64,000 bases of DNA from an uncultured Nitrospiraceae bacterium (GTDB taxonomy: Bacteria; Nitrospirota; Thermodesulfovibrionia; Thermodesulfovibrionales; Dissulfurispiraceae): positions 2,144,001 to 2,208,000 of the forward strand of contig CAVSHF010000003.1 in assembly GCA_963727805.1 (NCBI GenBank), given 5' to 3'. The notes under the pieces were generated by a model that had not been told where the DNA came from, made no database searches, and saw only the letters and a program-made list of their open reading frames with translations. Positions 37,804 to 48,823 of the stretch are shown in pieces; the first letter of the stretch is position 1, and the number at the start of each line of letters is the position of its first letter. A program made the translations under genes and the position numbers.

Positions 37804-38835
37804 ATGGAATATAAAATACTGAAAAAGAACAATGTTGATACTTTTATCGGTGAATTGAAGAAGAAGTACAAGTTCTGGGGACCGAAAAAGAAGGGCAAAC
37901 AGATAACGTTCGGCGAGGTTTCGAGCCAGAAGGAAATGTGTCTTGAAGATTTTACGAATTCATCCATGTCACCCAAAGGCATCTTCTTCCCGCAGTCCGA
38001 GATAATGCTCTCGTTCAAGAAGTCGGGTGAAGAAGCAAAAATCTATAAAGACGTGGAAATCAACCCTTCACAGAAGGTGGTCTTTGGGATGAGGCCATGC
38101 GATGCCCGGGCTTTTAGCCTTCTTGATAAAATATTCACCAACGACCAATTTTCAGACAACTACTGGGTTTCCAAAAGAGAGGCCACTACCCTTATCGGGC
38201 TGGGATGCAATGCGCCCTGCAGCACTTGCTTTTGCACTTCGGTAAACTCTCATCCCTTTGATGAGAAAGGGCTTGATATACTAGCCACCGACCTGGGAGA
38301 CCACTATCTCCTGAAGGTGCTTACCGAAAAGGGCAAAAAGATGACTGAGGGCATGTCCAGCCTTGAAGATGCCAAGGATAGTGATATTACACAGCAAAAA
38401 GAAGTGAGCACCAAAGCAGAGGGTGCCATCACCTCGCATGTCAGCGTCGACAAGATAAAGGACAAGTCCGTGCTTGAGCTGTACAATAATGAGATGTGGT
38501 CAAAAGTGTATGAATCCTGTTTGAACTGCGGAACCTGCACCTATGTCTGCCCGACATGCCACTGCTTCGATGTCCAGGACGAGGTTTCCAAGGAGGGCGG
38601 TGTACGGATACGCAACTGGGATTCCTGCATGTCATGGCTCTTCACCATCCATACCACGGGCCACAATCCGAGGCCTTCAAAAAAGGAGCGCGTCAGGCAG
38701 CGGTTCATGCACAAGTTCAAATATATTCCTGTCAAAAGGGATGGAGAGATTGGGTGTGTGGGTTGCGGCAGATGTGTAACCCTCTGCCCGGTCAACATAG
38801 ACATACGTGAAGTAGCCAATTTAATGAACGATTGA
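37804..38835 (+). CDS. flxB: 4Fe-4S protein, FlxB/AsrA-like
   Basis: RPCDA, CLNCGTCTYVCPTCHCF, RNWDSC, RQRFMHKF, CVGCGRCVTLCP. Confidence 0.8.
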   Translation: MEYKILKKNNVDTFIGELKKKYKFWGPKKKGKQITFGEVSSQKEMCLEDFTNSSMSPKGIFFPQSEIMLSFKKSGEEAKIYKDVEINPSQKVVFGMRPCDARAFSLLDKIFTNDQFSDNYWVSKREATTLIGLGCNAPCSTCFCTSVNSHPFDEKGLDILATDLGDHYLLKVLTEKGKKMTEGMSSLEDAKDSDITQQKEVSTKAEGAITSHVSVDKIKDKSVLELYNNEMWSKVYESCLNCGTCTYVCPTCHCFDVQDEVSKEGGVRIRNWDSCMSWLFTIHTTGHNPRPSKKERVRQRFMHKFKYIPVKRDGEIGCVGCGRCVTLCPVNIDIREVANLMND

Positions 38836-38865
38836 AAACAAATAAAATATGAGTGTGAATGACCT

Positions 38866-39705
38866 ATGAAAAATCCATATTTACCTTATCCGGTAAGGAT
38901 AGACAAAATAGTAGTTGAGACCGAGGACAGGAACCTCAAGTCCTTTAAATTTGTGTTTCTCAACGCGGATGACAGAAAAGCGTTTGATTATACTCCTGGC
39001 CAATTTGCCCAGCTTTCCGTAACTGGCAAAGGTGAGATCCCCATAGGCATCGCATCGTCGCCTACCGAGGGTGACCATCTGCTTTTTACGGTAAACAAAA
39101 TGGGATTGGTTACCACAGCTCTACATAACCTGTCGGAAGGCGACATCATGGGGGTGCGTGGACCGCTCGGCAATTCCTACCCGTTCGAGGCAATGAAGGG
39201 TAAGGATATAATAATAATCGGCGGTGGCTATGCCTTTACCACCCTGCGGTCTACCATGGTTTATCTGCTCGATAAAAAGAACCGGGCTGATTTTGGAAAG
39301 ATAACCCTCATATATGGCGCCAGAACACCAGGCATGCTCCTTTACAAGGAGACTCTGGAGGAATGGTCCAAACGTGATGATATTAACTACAATGTGACGG
39401 TAGACAGAGAGGCCCCGGGATGGAAGGGGATAGTCGGTTTCGTGCCTGCCGTGACTGAAAAGGTTGCCCCATCTTCCACCAATGCAATTGCCATCATATG
39501 CGGGCCGCCCGTAATGATCAAGTTTACCTTGCCTGTTATGACCAAACTGGGCTTTACCCCGGAGCAGACCGTAACCTCGCTCGAAAACAGGATGAAGTGC
39601 GGAATAGGCATATGCGGCAGATGCAATGTCGGGCCTGAATACGTCTGCAAGGACGGCCCTGTCTTTACCATGGCCCAATTGAAGGAAATGCCTCAGGAAT
39701 ATTAA
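38866..39705 (+). CDS. flxA: FAD/NAD-binding oxidoreductase, FlxA/AsrB-like
   Basis: PGQF, GEIPIGIAS, RGPLGN, CGPPVM, MKCGIGICGRCN..CKDGPVF. Confidence 0.8.
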   Translation: MKNPYLPYPVRIDKIVVETEDRNLKSFKFVFLNADDRKAFDYTPGQFAQLSVTGKGEIPIGIASSPTEGDHLLFTVNKMGLVTTALHNLSEGDIMGVRGPLGNSYPFEAMKGKDIIIIGGGYAFTTLRSTMVYLLDKKNRADFGKITLIYGARTPGMLLYKETLEEWSKRDDINYNVTVDREAPGWKGIVGFVPAVTEKVAPSSTNAIAIICGPPVMIKFTLPVMTKLGFTPEQTVTSLENRMKCGIGICGRCNVGPEYVCKDGPVFTMAQLKEMPQEY

Positions 39706-39851
39706 GTATAAGGTGCTATAGAAAGTTCGGTAGTGTTGCAGGAGATAATCTCCTTAGCATATTGATAGGCCGTATCACCGTGGCCGATAAGCTTCGTGAC
39801 TGTAGACGCTCGCACTTTTTTCATTTATATCGGTTATAATTATTGCCACCT

Positions 39852-40649
39852 ATGACGGGAATCATCGACTTCCATACCCATGCATTTCCCGATGCTCTTG
39901 CCGAGAGAGCGCTCGCAGCGCTTCAACACGGTGCGAGCGTTAAGGCCTTTCTCGACGGGCGCATCTCCTCTCTCATCACCTCTATGGACAGATGCGGGAT
40001 CCAAAAGAGTGTGGTCTGCTCAATCGCGACAAAGCCCTCTCAGTTTGAGCCCATCCTGCAGTGGTCGAAGACGATACAGTCCGAGCGCATCATTCCACTG
40101 CTCTCGTTTCATCCGTCTGATCCGGAATACGCTGAAAAGATCAGGACTGTCAAGGGCGAGGGGTTCAAAGGCATCAAGCTCCACCCGTTTTACCAGGAGT
40201 TCGATATCGACGAAGAGCGCATGCTCCCGATGTACGAACTCATTCGAAAGGAGAATCTCATCGTCGTCATGCATACAGGATTCGACATCGCCTTTCCCCG
40301 GATAAGAAGGGCCGATCCCGCAAAGATATTGAATATCATAAAACAATTCCCCGACCTGAAGCTCGTGACGACCCATCTCGGCTCGTGGGAGCAGTGGCAG
40401 GAGGTTGAGATGCTCCTTGCCGGAAAATCAATACATATGGAGCTGTCCTTTTCTCTTGAATATCTGGATAGTGCCCCTGTCAAAGATATCCTCCTGAAGC
40501 ATCCCAAAGAGCACCTCTTGTTCGGCACCGACTCGCCATGGACCGACCAGGAAAAGACCCTTGAACTATTCCGCGGACTTGACCTCGGAGAGAAAATCGA
40601 ACGGGCCACCCTGAGGGACAATGCTGAAAGACTTCTCAATTCCGTATAG
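39852..40649 (+). CDS. Amidohydrolase family protein
   Basis: IDFHTH, GIKLHP, HTGFD, THLG, FGTDSPW. Confidence 0.85.
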   Translation: MTGIIDFHTHAFPDALAERALAALQHGASVKAFLDGRISSLITSMDRCGIQKSVVCSIATKPSQFEPILQWSKTIQSERIIPLLSFHPSDPEYAEKIRTVKGEGFKGIKLHPFYQEFDIDEERMLPMYELIRKENLIVVMHTGFDIAFPRIRRADPAKILNIIKQFPDLKLVTTHLGSWEQWQEVEMLLAGKSIHMELSFSLEYLDSAPVKDILLKHPKEHLLFGTDSPWTDQEKTLELFRGLDLGEKIERATLRDNAERLLNSV

Positions 40650-40658
40650 AGATACTCG

Positions 40659-41486
40659 ATGAAGATCGGCGTCTTTATAAAACTTATCGGCAGGAGTATC
40701 GCCGATTTTTTCAGGGACGGAGGACCGATGCTCGCCGGCTCGATCTCTTATTTTGCGATAATGGCCGTCCTCCCCTTCTGCCTTTTCCTCATCGCGATCT
40801 TTACTTACCTCATTGGCCATGACGAAGAATTCTTCAAGTTCATCACCGCAAAACTTCTCAGCTTTTTTCCCAAGGCGGCTCAGAGCATCGCAAAGGAACT
40901 GAGAGACGCCATATCTTTCAAGGGTGTCGGGACCTTCACCTTGTTGGCATACGGGATACTGTCCTATCAGCTCTATTCGTCACTCGAATCGGCGCTCAAT
41001 GTCGTTTTTAAAATCAAAGACAAGCGGTCATTCATCAGCCATTTCTTCATATCGCTTTTCCTTATTACGCTCCTAATTGTCTTCCTGCTTCTATCCTTTG
41101 GTGCGTCGTCCGCTATATCGGTTCTCAATACACTCAGAGACGATCTTCCCGGCTTGGAGATCCGGACAATCACTGCCTTCATCATCAAGTATATAGTGCC
41201 TTTCATACTCGTCTTCGTTACTATCGCTACTCTCTACATCATCTTGCCCAAGAAAAAAATACGATGGAGGAACGCCATGGCCGGAGCGCTCATAGCCGCT
41301 ATCTTCCTTGAAACGGCCAAGCATATCTTTACCCTCTATGTCGTCAAGGTCGTGAAATTTGGCGCCATTTATGGACCCCTTTCGGCTTTCATCATATTTC
41401 TGCTATGGGGATTTTATTCTTCGTGCATATTCCTGATAGGAGCTGAAACGGTGCACAAGCTGGAGTTGCGTAAGAGGCAAAGTTGA
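40659..41486 (+). CDS. YihY/BrkB-family membrane protein
   Basis: AGSISYFAI..., IYGPLSAFIIFLLW.FYSS.IFLIGAE. Confidence 0.85.
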   Translation: MKIGVFIKLIGRSIADFFRDGGPMLAGSISYFAIMAVLPFCLFLIAIFTYLIGHDEEFFKFITAKLLSFFPKAAQSIAKELRDAISFKGVGTFTLLAYGILSYQLYSSLESALNVVFKIKDKRSFISHFFISLFLITLLIVFLLLSFGASSAISVLNTLRDDLPGLEIRTITAFIIKYIVPFILVFVTIATLYIILPKKKIRWRNAMAGALIAAIFLETAKHIFTLYVVKVVKFGAIYGPLSAFIIFLLWGFYSSCIFLIGAETVHKLELRKRQS

Positions 41487-41551
41487 CAATGATGGAGTAG
41501 AAAAAATATTGGACCATGACGCAGAAAGGCTTCTCCGGACCTGAAGCGACC

Positions 41552-42844
41552 TTATTGAAAAACCCTTTCAAAGATAAAGTCGATGTTTCGCAGATAATAA
41601 TCAAGGTCAAAGATTCCCCTGATTTCAGCCTCAGAAATATACTCGGCTATGTCCTTGTCTTTCAGCAGGAGTTCCATGAAACTCACTCCTCTGCTCCAGC
41701 TCTCCATGGCGTTTCTCTGGACCATAAGATAGGCGTCTTCGCGGACCATTCCCTTGTCGATCAGCGTGAGCAAGACCCTCTGCGAGTTGAAAAGACCATA
41801 GCTTCTCTCCATGTTCGCTTTCATCCTCTCGGGATAAACATGCAGGTCCTTCACAATACCCTGCAATCTGTTCAGCATATAGTCGATGAGAATCGTGCTG
41901 TCGGGAATTATGATCCTTTCGACTGATGAATGGGAAATGTCTCTTTCATGCCAGAGGGCTATATTTTCAAGTGCTGCAATGGCATTTGATCGTACAATCC
42001 TCGCCAGGCCAGTAAGATTTTCTGAGCCGACCGGATTCCTTTTGTGTGGCATAGCTGAAGACCCTTTCTGTCCCGCAGTAAATGGTTCTTCAGCTTCAAG
42101 GACCTCGGTCCGCTGTAGGTGCCTAATCTCAACGGCGATCTTCTCGATGCTACCCGCAACGAGAGCAAGAGATGTCATATATTCGGCATGCCGGTCGCGC
42201 TGCACTACCTGCGTAGCTACTGCCTCGGGAGTAAGGGCCAGTTTATTGCAGACCATCTCTTCTATCTCAGGGGGAATGTTAGAGAACGTACCGACAGCAC
42301 CTGAAATCTTTCCAACGTTGATAACTTCCCGCGCACGCTCAAGACGGGCTAAGCATCTTTTCGAATCTGCGTACCAGAGGGCAAATTTGAGCCCAAACGT
42401 CATAGGTTCAGCATGAATACCATGGCTCCTCCCCATGCAGGGGACATCCTTATACTTTAGAGCCTGAGTCTTAAAGACCTCCATAAGTTCCCTTAAATCA
42501 TTGATAATGAGGTCTGCTGCCTCTCTCATGAGCAGTGAAAGAGCAGTATCGACCACATCGGAGGATGTGAGGCCCTTGTGGATGAAGCGCGACTCGGGGC
42601 CTACAAACTCTGCAACTGAGGTAAGAAAAGATATTACGTCATGTTTAGTCGTCTTTTCAATTTCGTCAATCCTCGCGATGTCGAAATGCGCCTTTGCCTT
42701 TATGACCGAAAGAGTATCTTGGGGTATTTCTCCCAGCTCTGCCCAAGCCTCGCATACCGCAATCTCGACATCGAGCCATTTCTGAAACTTGTTTTCAGGT
42801 TCCCAGAGTGTACCCATTTCCTTTCGGGTATAACGCGATATCAT
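41552..42844 (-). CDS. purB: Adenylosuccinate lyase
   Basis: [33 protein letters not shown]. Confidence 0.97.
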   Translation of the reverse strand: MISRYTRKEMGTLWEPENKFQKWLDVEIAVCEAWAELGEIPQDTLSVIKAKAHFDIARIDEIEKTTKHDVISFLTSVAEFVGPESRFIHKGLTSSDVVDTALSLLMREAADLIINDLRELMEVFKTQALKYKDVPCMGRSHGIHAEPMTFGLKFALWYADSKRCLARLERAREVINVGKISGAVGTFSNIPPEIEEMVCNKLALTPEAVATQVVQRDRHAEYMTSLALVAGSIEKIAVEIRHLQRTEVLEAEEPFTAGQKGSSAMPHKRNPVGSENLTGLARIVRSNAIAALENIALWHERDISHSSVERIIIPDSTILIDYMLNRLQGIVKDLHVYPERMKANMERSYGLFNSQRVLLTLIDKGMVREDAYLMVQRNAMESWSRGVSFMELLLKDKDIAEYISEAEIRGIFDLDYYLRNIDFIFERVFQ

Positions 42845-42861
42845 CGTGCCTCCATATCTAT

Positions 42862-43737
42862 CTATAGAAAAAGCAACCGTTCTATTTTAATCGAGTCCTT
42901 CATTACTTTTCCAATGCCGAATATCTTGCCACCATTGTCTTTGAGCCTCATCATTGCGCCCGAGGCATGGCGGAAGTCGGGCAGCAAAAAAAGGGGGAGT
43001 GGATTCCCATTCCGTGCCTTCTTCAGGTCCTCTCCGGTCACACTCAATTCGGGCAGACGATCCAGCACGGTATCGATGGAATGGAGGGCAGACGGTTTTT
43101 GTGGCAATTCTTGAATCTTCGCTGAGTCCTCAATCCTGAAATTCCCCACCCGCGTCCTAATCAGATCCGTCATATGGGCACCGACGCCAAGGGCGTCGCC
43201 GATGTCACTGCAGAGCGAGCGCACATAGGTCCCTTTAGAACAGACGATTCTCAGGGTGAAGAAAGGACTCGCAAATCCGAGAATTTCTAGCACCCTGACC
43301 GTCACCTTTCGCGGCTTTCGGTCAACTTCTATTCCTTGGCGGGCAAGTTTATAGAGAGGTTTCCCCGAAACCTTCAGCGCTGAATACATTGGCGGTATCT
43401 GCTCGATTTCGCCGGTAAAACGAGAAAGTGTCTGCTCAACGTCATTGGCAGTGATTGTGAAGGCACAAGCCTTCCGAATGATCTTGCCTTCAGCATCAAG
43501 GGTATCGGTCGATTCGCCAAGCTTCGCTGTCGCGAGATATTCCTTTTCGAACGATTCTATGAGTGAGGAGATCTTTGTCGCCTCATTAAGGCAGACGAGC
43601 ATCACACCTGTTGCGAGTGGATCGAGGGTACCGGTATGCCCCGCCTTCTTAACTTTGAAGATCCTCCTTACCATGGTCACCGCATCCTGAGAGGTAATCC
43701 CTTTATCCTTGTTCAGATTTACGACGATATTCATCAC
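42862..43737 (-). CDS. truB: tRNA pseudouridine(55) synthase
   Basis: GHTGTLDPLATG, PPMYSALK, CSKGTYVRSL. Confidence 0.97.
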   Translation of the reverse strand: MMNIVVNLNKDKGITSQDAVTMVRRIFKVKKAGHTGTLDPLATGVMLVCLNEATKISSLIESFEKEYLATAKLGESTDTLDAEGKIIRKACAFTITANDVEQTLSRFTGEIEQIPPMYSALKVSGKPLYKLARQGIEVDRKPRKVTVRVLEILGFASPFFTLRIVCSKGTYVRSLCSDIGDALGVGAHMTDLIRTRVGNFRIEDSAKIQELPQKPSALHSIDTVLDRLPELSVTGEDLKKARNGNPLPLFLLPDFRHASGAMMRLKDNGGKIFGIGKVMKDSIKIERLLFL

Positions 43738-45824
43738 AGTTTGAACGACCCGATGCCCTTCAGTTCGATCACTACTAAATAGGAATAATCTGCAGGCGTT
43801 ACCAGAGAAGCGGGTCTTCGCGAAGTCACCAGGTCAATATTCCAGCACTGTTCCTTGTAGGTTGTCTTGATTGTGAAATCCCTAAGCCCCGGTCCCTTTG
43901 CATCGTATCCAGTATTGGCAGTGAACACCCAATGCTTGCTTATAGGAGCGCTAATACCCAAAGTAAAAAGCAGCAGGTTGTCTATCATCGAATACCTTTC
44001 CCCCAGGGCGAGACTGATATCCCTGAATACCCTGAAACTGACAACCGAATTGATGTTATCCAGCCGGCCGGTTTTCAAAGCGTAGGCTACGTCGAAAAAG
44101 AAATTCGCCGGGAGTGCCGGCCCTATTGCCGCTCCTTCCAGTCGTGTAGGGAGCAGGGAGAAAGCGTTTCCCGCTGTAGTAGACAAGCTGTCGCTCGGGT
44201 AACTATTGCCGTCTGCTGAATTGAGACCCCCTGGAGGATAGCCATAGGGTTGTGAAAGCCGAAGCGAAATATTGAGTCCCTCGAACATGAGTTTATTGGA
44301 AAGGGAAAGAGTCACAAGAGAGCTTTTGGTCGGAAGCTCAGTTGAATCAAAGAGCGGCAGCGCCTTCGCCGAAGGGATGAAAGTATACTCGAGTGCCGGT
44401 TCGACAATATGCAGGAAAGAACCATAGTCCCTGATGAAACGCGTCTGGGCCTGTGCCGTGTACTGGAACATCTCCCGGTGAGGAGATGATCCGAAACTCC
44501 CCCCATCCATGAGATTATACGCCGTTTCCCTGAGGGAAATCGCTTGGGTCAAGCGTATCGCATCTCCGAAAGAATATGAAAGTGTGGGCTGAATATCCAT
44601 CCTCTGGCCATGTGGATCATCTGTGCGAATAAAATTCGCGGCACTCGCCGAGAGAGTAAATATAGCTGGACCAACAGCAGTCGGATTGATAACATACCCA
44701 AGCTCAGGGAGCTTTTGCGGCACGTGTTCTGCAACCCCTGGCAATAAATTCACCCAGTCCTGGCTGAGGATATAGAGTCTTGAATTATTCAGCGGGACAG
44801 ACGCCTCAGCGGACGACTGCATGAAACGGCTGATATTCGCCTGGAAATCTTTTGGATATTCTTGGTTATACAATGCATTATTAACATAATTAACGTCGAG
44901 GAAGGCCTGAATATCGCCCGTTTTATATTTATCATTAACCTTAACTTCAACAAAGTCCTTATGCAGCTCGTTGTCCCTGATGTGATAGGCATACCAGGTC
45001 CCCGAGTGATTAAAGTCGAGAAAGCGGTATTCCACTCCGGTGCCTATCCCTCTCTTGCTAAAGTAATCCATATTGAAAGTTGCGTCCTTGTTTTCATCAA
45101 TAGCCCAGAAGAACGAATCACTGAAGCGGACACCTTTAGTCGAACTATTCCCGATCATCGGCAACTCAAATCCGGTCACGCGACTACTCCCTACCCCCGT
45201 CCAAAGATACGGCCAATAGAACACCGGTGTCTTTTTTACACGGTACGTGACATTCTTTGCCGACATCGTATCTCCAACCAGAATGTCGGCATCATCTGCC
45301 TTGAAACACCAATCGGGCCTCTGAGAAACAGGAATTTTCTCGGAGGTCAGGACTTTCGCGATCCGGTACGCTTCAGAATCGCAGTTAGTGATAAAGGCGG
45401 TCTTCGCATAATAATGGTTCTCACCGAGTTTCTGCATGTTCATACCATCGATCCACACCTTGTCCTTCTTGGAGAAAATGATGGCATTGTGCAAAGTTCC
45501 AGTATTGTCGTTGAGGTTGAATTCCGCCTGTTCGGTATTAATAAGGTAATCCTTATCGTCGATCGAGACATGCCCCGTCAATTCCGCATCTCCCGTCTCA
45601 TCGAAATAGACAGCGCTATCGGCCAAGACAATAGAGCTGTCTTTAACTATCTTGACGTTTCCTATCGCCACATATCTCTGCTCTTCCTTGTAGTACTCCA
45701 AGCTGTCGGCGTCGATGGTAGTCCCTTCGGCGTGGCCAACGGCAGGAAAAAATACCACGCCCAGGGAGATTCCCAGGCCTGCAACCAGAAAGAGTAGTTG
45801 TCGCATAGCATCCACGAAAGTCAC
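43734..45824 (-). CDS. lptD: LPS-assembly outer-membrane protein LptD-like
   Basis: Signal peptide, IDADSLEY..AIGNV OstA-like domain, beta-barrel C-terminus ending ELKGIG. Confidence 0.8.
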   Translation of the reverse strand: MTFVDAMRQLLFLVAGLGISLGVVFFPAVGHAEGTTIDADSLEYYKEEQRYVAIGNVKIVKDSSIVLADSAVYFDETGDAELTGHVSIDDKDYLINTEQAEFNLNDNTGTLHNAIIFSKKDKVWIDGMNMQKLGENHYYAKTAFITNCDSEAYRIAKVLTSEKIPVSQRPDWCFKADDADILVGDTMSAKNVTYRVKKTPVFYWPYLWTGVGSSRVTGFELPMIGNSSTKGVRFSDSFFWAIDENKDATFNMDYFSKRGIGTGVEYRFLDFNHSGTWYAYHIRDNELHKDFVEVKVNDKYKTGDIQAFLDVNYVNNALYNQEYPKDFQANISRFMQSSAEASVPLNNSRLYILSQDWVNLLPGVAEHVPQKLPELGYVINPTAVGPAIFTLSASAANFIRTDDPHGQRMDIQPTLSYSFGDAIRLTQAISLRETAYNLMDGGSFGSSPHREMFQYTAQAQTRFIRDYGSFLHIVEPALEYTFIPSAKALPLFDSTELPTKSSLVTLSLSNKLMFEGLNISLRLSQPYGYPPGGLNSADGNSYPSDSLSTTAGNAFSLLPTRLEGAAIGPALPANFFFDVAYALKTGRLDNINSVVSFRVFRDISLALGERYSMIDNLLLFTLGISAPISKHWVFTANTGYDAKGPGLRDFTIKTTYKEQCWNIDLVTSRRPASLVTPADYSYLVVIELKGIGSFKL

Positions 45825-47179
45825 AACGCCTCCCTTAGGGTGCCCAGTATCGACTTCTCCCCGAAGGATTCCATCGCTTCGCCCGCGGTATAGAAAGAAC
45901 CCGTAACGACAATAACCGCAAGGCTTTTCTCCGAATAGAGTATCTGACGCTCTTTCGCCATAGCCATGGCTTCCCTTACGCTCGAGGTAACCCGCACATT
46001 TGTGAATCCTGCACCCCTCGCAAGCTCGCCGAGTCGGTCAGGGGATTCGGCCCTGTTGTATGCGGGCGCCGTAAAAATCGTCTCTGTGGCAACAGGCAGC
46101 AGTGCGTTAAGTATATTCTCAATCTCTTTATCCGCCATAATCCCCAGCACAAGGATAATTTTCCGTCCCGCCAGATATTTCGTGATAAATCCGGCAAGAG
46201 CCGTGGCTGCAGCAGTGTTGTGTGCCCCATCGACAATGATCGGGGGATCGGCACTGACAAGTTCGAGCCTGCCTCGCCACCGAGTTGCCGCAAGCCCCAT
46301 CCTTATCGTTGACGAACTATCGATCTTCTGGTCCTTCACACTTCTTGCTTTTGCCCTTTGAAGGATGACAAAAACGGCCTTTATCGCAAGCGAGGCATTC
46401 ATACCCTGATACTCTCCAGCAAGAGGGGTGAATAGTCCTTCCATCCTTACTCGGCCGTTTGAGTAGTTGAAATGGGTGCCTTCTATGCCGGATGATACAA
46501 TGACGCTAGTGAAGTCTTCTCCATAAACAAAAAGGGGGGCTGATTTCTCACGGGCGGCTCTCGCAATCACCTCCGCCGCTTCGGGCAGTTGTGATGCGCA
46601 GACGACCGGGATGCCCTCTTTTATAATCCCCGCCTTTTCCCCAGCGATTTCGGAGAGACTTTCACCAAGGAATTCACGGTGATCATAACCTATACTCGTT
46701 ATGACTGAAACATCAGGGGTGATGACATTGGTGGCATCGAGTCTGCCGCCCATGCCCGTTTCGACAACGACCCAATCAACCTTGTGTCGGACAAAATGAA
46801 CAAAGGCAATCGCCGTTACAACCTCGAAAAAAGTGGGATTCAGCTTTTTATCGGCTTTTTCAATTTTAAAGCGAATTTCGTTTGTAAGGTCTGCCACTTC
46901 GGATTCTGTGATCTCATGGTCATTGATCTTGATCCTCTCCGTGAAACTCACGAGATGCGGAGAAGTGAAAAGTCCGACCCTGAATCCTTGTGCCTTCAGG
47001 ATCGAAGCGATCATGGCAGACACCGACCCTTTGCCATTGGTCCCGGCGACATGAAGACATCTTAATCGTTTATGGGGATTGCCGATGAGGGAGAGGATCA
47101 CCTCTGTTTTTTCGAGACCAAGCTTGATGCCGTGTTTCTGAAGACTATATAAATAGTCGATCGCGGCATGGTAGCTCAT
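45821..47179 (-). CDS. folC: Folylpolyglutamate/dihydrofolate synthase
   Basis: HVAGTNGKGS, FTSPHL, ETGMGGRLDATN, DGAHN. Confidence 0.95.
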   Translation of the reverse strand: MSYHAAIDYLYSLQKHGIKLGLEKTEVILSLIGNPHKRLRCLHVAGTNGKGSVSAMIASILKAQGFRVGLFTSPHLVSFTERIKINDHEITESEVADLTNEIRFKIEKADKKLNPTFFEVVTAIAFVHFVRHKVDWVVVETGMGGRLDATNVITPDVSVITSIGYDHREFLGESLSEIAGEKAGIIKEGIPVVCASQLPEAAEVIARAAREKSAPLFVYGEDFTSVIVSSGIEGTHFNYSNGRVRMEGLFTPLAGEYQGMNASLAIKAVFVILQRAKARSVKDQKIDSSSTIRMGLAATRWRGRLELVSADPPIIVDGAHNTAAATALAGFITKYLAGRKIILVLGIMADKEIENILNALLPVATETIFTAPAYNRAESPDRLGELARGAGFTNVRVTSSVREAMAMAKERQILYSEKSLAVIVVTGSFYTAGEAMESFGEKSILGTLREAL

Positions 47180-48036
47180 GGTTTCGTCAGATCCTGGGAC
47201 GCGGGCATAAAATGCTCGATTAACTTGTAGATCGTGTTCTTCAATTCCCGCCTCTCAACGACAAGATCAATCATACCGTGATCGAGTAGAAACTCAGCCC
47301 GCTGGAAATTTTCAGGTAGCTGTTGTTTAATCGTCTGCTCGATGACCCTCTGCCCGGCAAAACCGATAAGCGATTTTGGCTCGGCAATGATAACGTCCCC
47401 CAGCATCGCGAAACTTGCAGTAACGCCACCGAAAGTCGGGTCAGCGAGAATGGACAGGTAAAGAATATCGGAATCCTTCAGCCTGGAGATTGCTGCCGAG
47501 ACCTTTGCCATCTGCATCAAGGAGAACATTCCTTCCTGCATCCGAGCCCCGCCTGATGCCGAAACAGTGATGAGCGGGACCCTCTTTTCGAGGGCACGCT
47601 CGGCAGCACGCGTGATCTTTTCTCCAACGACCGAACCCATGCTTCCGCCCCAGAACGAAAAATCCATGATTGCAAGTGCCACCGGCCTCATATTTATGCT
47701 TGCATCCCCGTATATCACTGCTTCAGACAGGTCGCTCTTCTGCCGGTATTCATCAAGTCGATCCATATATGAGACCTTGTCTTTGAAGTGAAGCGGGTCA
47801 GTGGATGTCAGATCGCTGTCCAGTTCGCCAAAGCTCCCGTCATCAATGATGTAATTGATGCGTTCCCGTGCGCTGATCCTGAAGTGGTAGTTGCACTTGG
47901 GACAGACCTGGAGGTTCTTCTCGATCTCCTTCTTGTAAATGATCTCCTTGCAGCTGTCGCATTTGATCCACAAGCCTTCGGGAATCTTGACCTTCTTCTC
48001 GGTCTTTATCTCTTTTCTTTTTTTGAACCAGCTCAA
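47176..48036 (-). CDS. accD: Acetyl-CoA carboxylase carboxyltransferase beta
   Basis: WIKCDSC..CPKCNYH, GGSMGSVVGE, GGARMQEG. Confidence 0.97.
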   Translation of the reverse strand: MSWFKKRKEIKTEKKVKIPEGLWIKCDSCKEIIYKKEIEKNLQVCPKCNYHFRISARERINYIIDDGSFGELDSDLTSTDPLHFKDKVSYMDRLDEYRQKSDLSEAVIYGDASINMRPVALAIMDFSFWGGSMGSVVGEKITRAAERALEKRVPLITVSASGGARMQEGMFSLMQMAKVSAAISRLKDSDILYLSILADPTFGGVTASFAMLGDVIIAEPKSLIGFAGQRVIEQTIKQQLPENFQRAEFLLDHGMIDLVVERRELKNTIYKLIEHFMPASQDLTKP

Positions 48037-48806
48037 ATTGCCGCTCTCAGTTTTTCGATGAAGACCCTAGCATTATCGGGGTCTTCGTAGAATTTTTTTA
48101 CGATGGCGCTTCCGACGATTACCCCATCGGCCACCGTCGCCATATTCACTGCATCTTCGGGCGTCGATATCCCAAACCCGATGGCTACCGGCTTGCCGGT
48201 CATTTCCCTAAGCTTGCCGACATGATTTCTAAAATGCTCTTCGAGGGAGAGCTTCGTCCCGGTGATGCCAGTCATCGAAACATAATAGATGAATCCCCGC
48301 GATGCGGCCACGATTTTTTTCATTCTTTCTTCTGTCGAAGTCGGCGCAACAAGGAATATTGTATCGAGCTCTCTCGAACGGCAACATCTTATCAGAGACG
48401 CTGCTTCTTCCGGAGGGAGGTCGGGGATAATGAGCCCGTCGACTCCGGCATCTGATGCATCAGCAACAAAAGTTTCTTCTCCGTATTTGAAGATAGGGTT
48501 GTAATACGTCATGAAGATAACTGGTATTTGTGAATATTTTCTGAGATCTCTCATAAAGGCGAGCATCTTCCTTAGGGAGGCTCTCGCCTCGAGTGCCCTT
48601 TCTGCAGCGCGCTGGATAGTGGGTCCATCGGCAACCGGATCGGAAAAGGGGACACCGAGCTCAACGATATCGGCGCCGCAATCTTCTAGCAGGAGGACTC
48701 GCTCCATCGTCTTTTGAAGATCGGGATCCCCGGCCATAATATAGGGGATAAAGGCTTTCCTGCCGGTCTCTTTCAGTTTCTTAAATGTCTTATCTATCCT
48801 GTTCAA
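48033..48806 (-). CDS. trpA: Tryptophan synthase alpha
   Basis: ELGVPFSDPVADGPTIQ, YYVSMTGITG, GFGIS, GSAIV. Confidence 0.97.
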   Translation of the reverse strand: MNRIDKTFKKLKETGRKAFIPYIMAGDPDLQKTMERVLLLEDCGADIVELGVPFSDPVADGPTIQRAAERALEARASLRKMLAFMRDLRKYSQIPVIFMTYYNPIFKYGEETFVADASDAGVDGLIIPDLPPEEAASLIRCCRSRELDTIFLVAPTSTEERMKKIVAASRGFIYYVSMTGITGTKLSLEEHFRNHVGKLREMTGKPVAIGFGISTPEDAVNMATVADGVIVGSAIVKKFYEDPDNARVFIEKLRAAI

Positions 48807-48823
48807 ATACTATCCTCGCTGGT

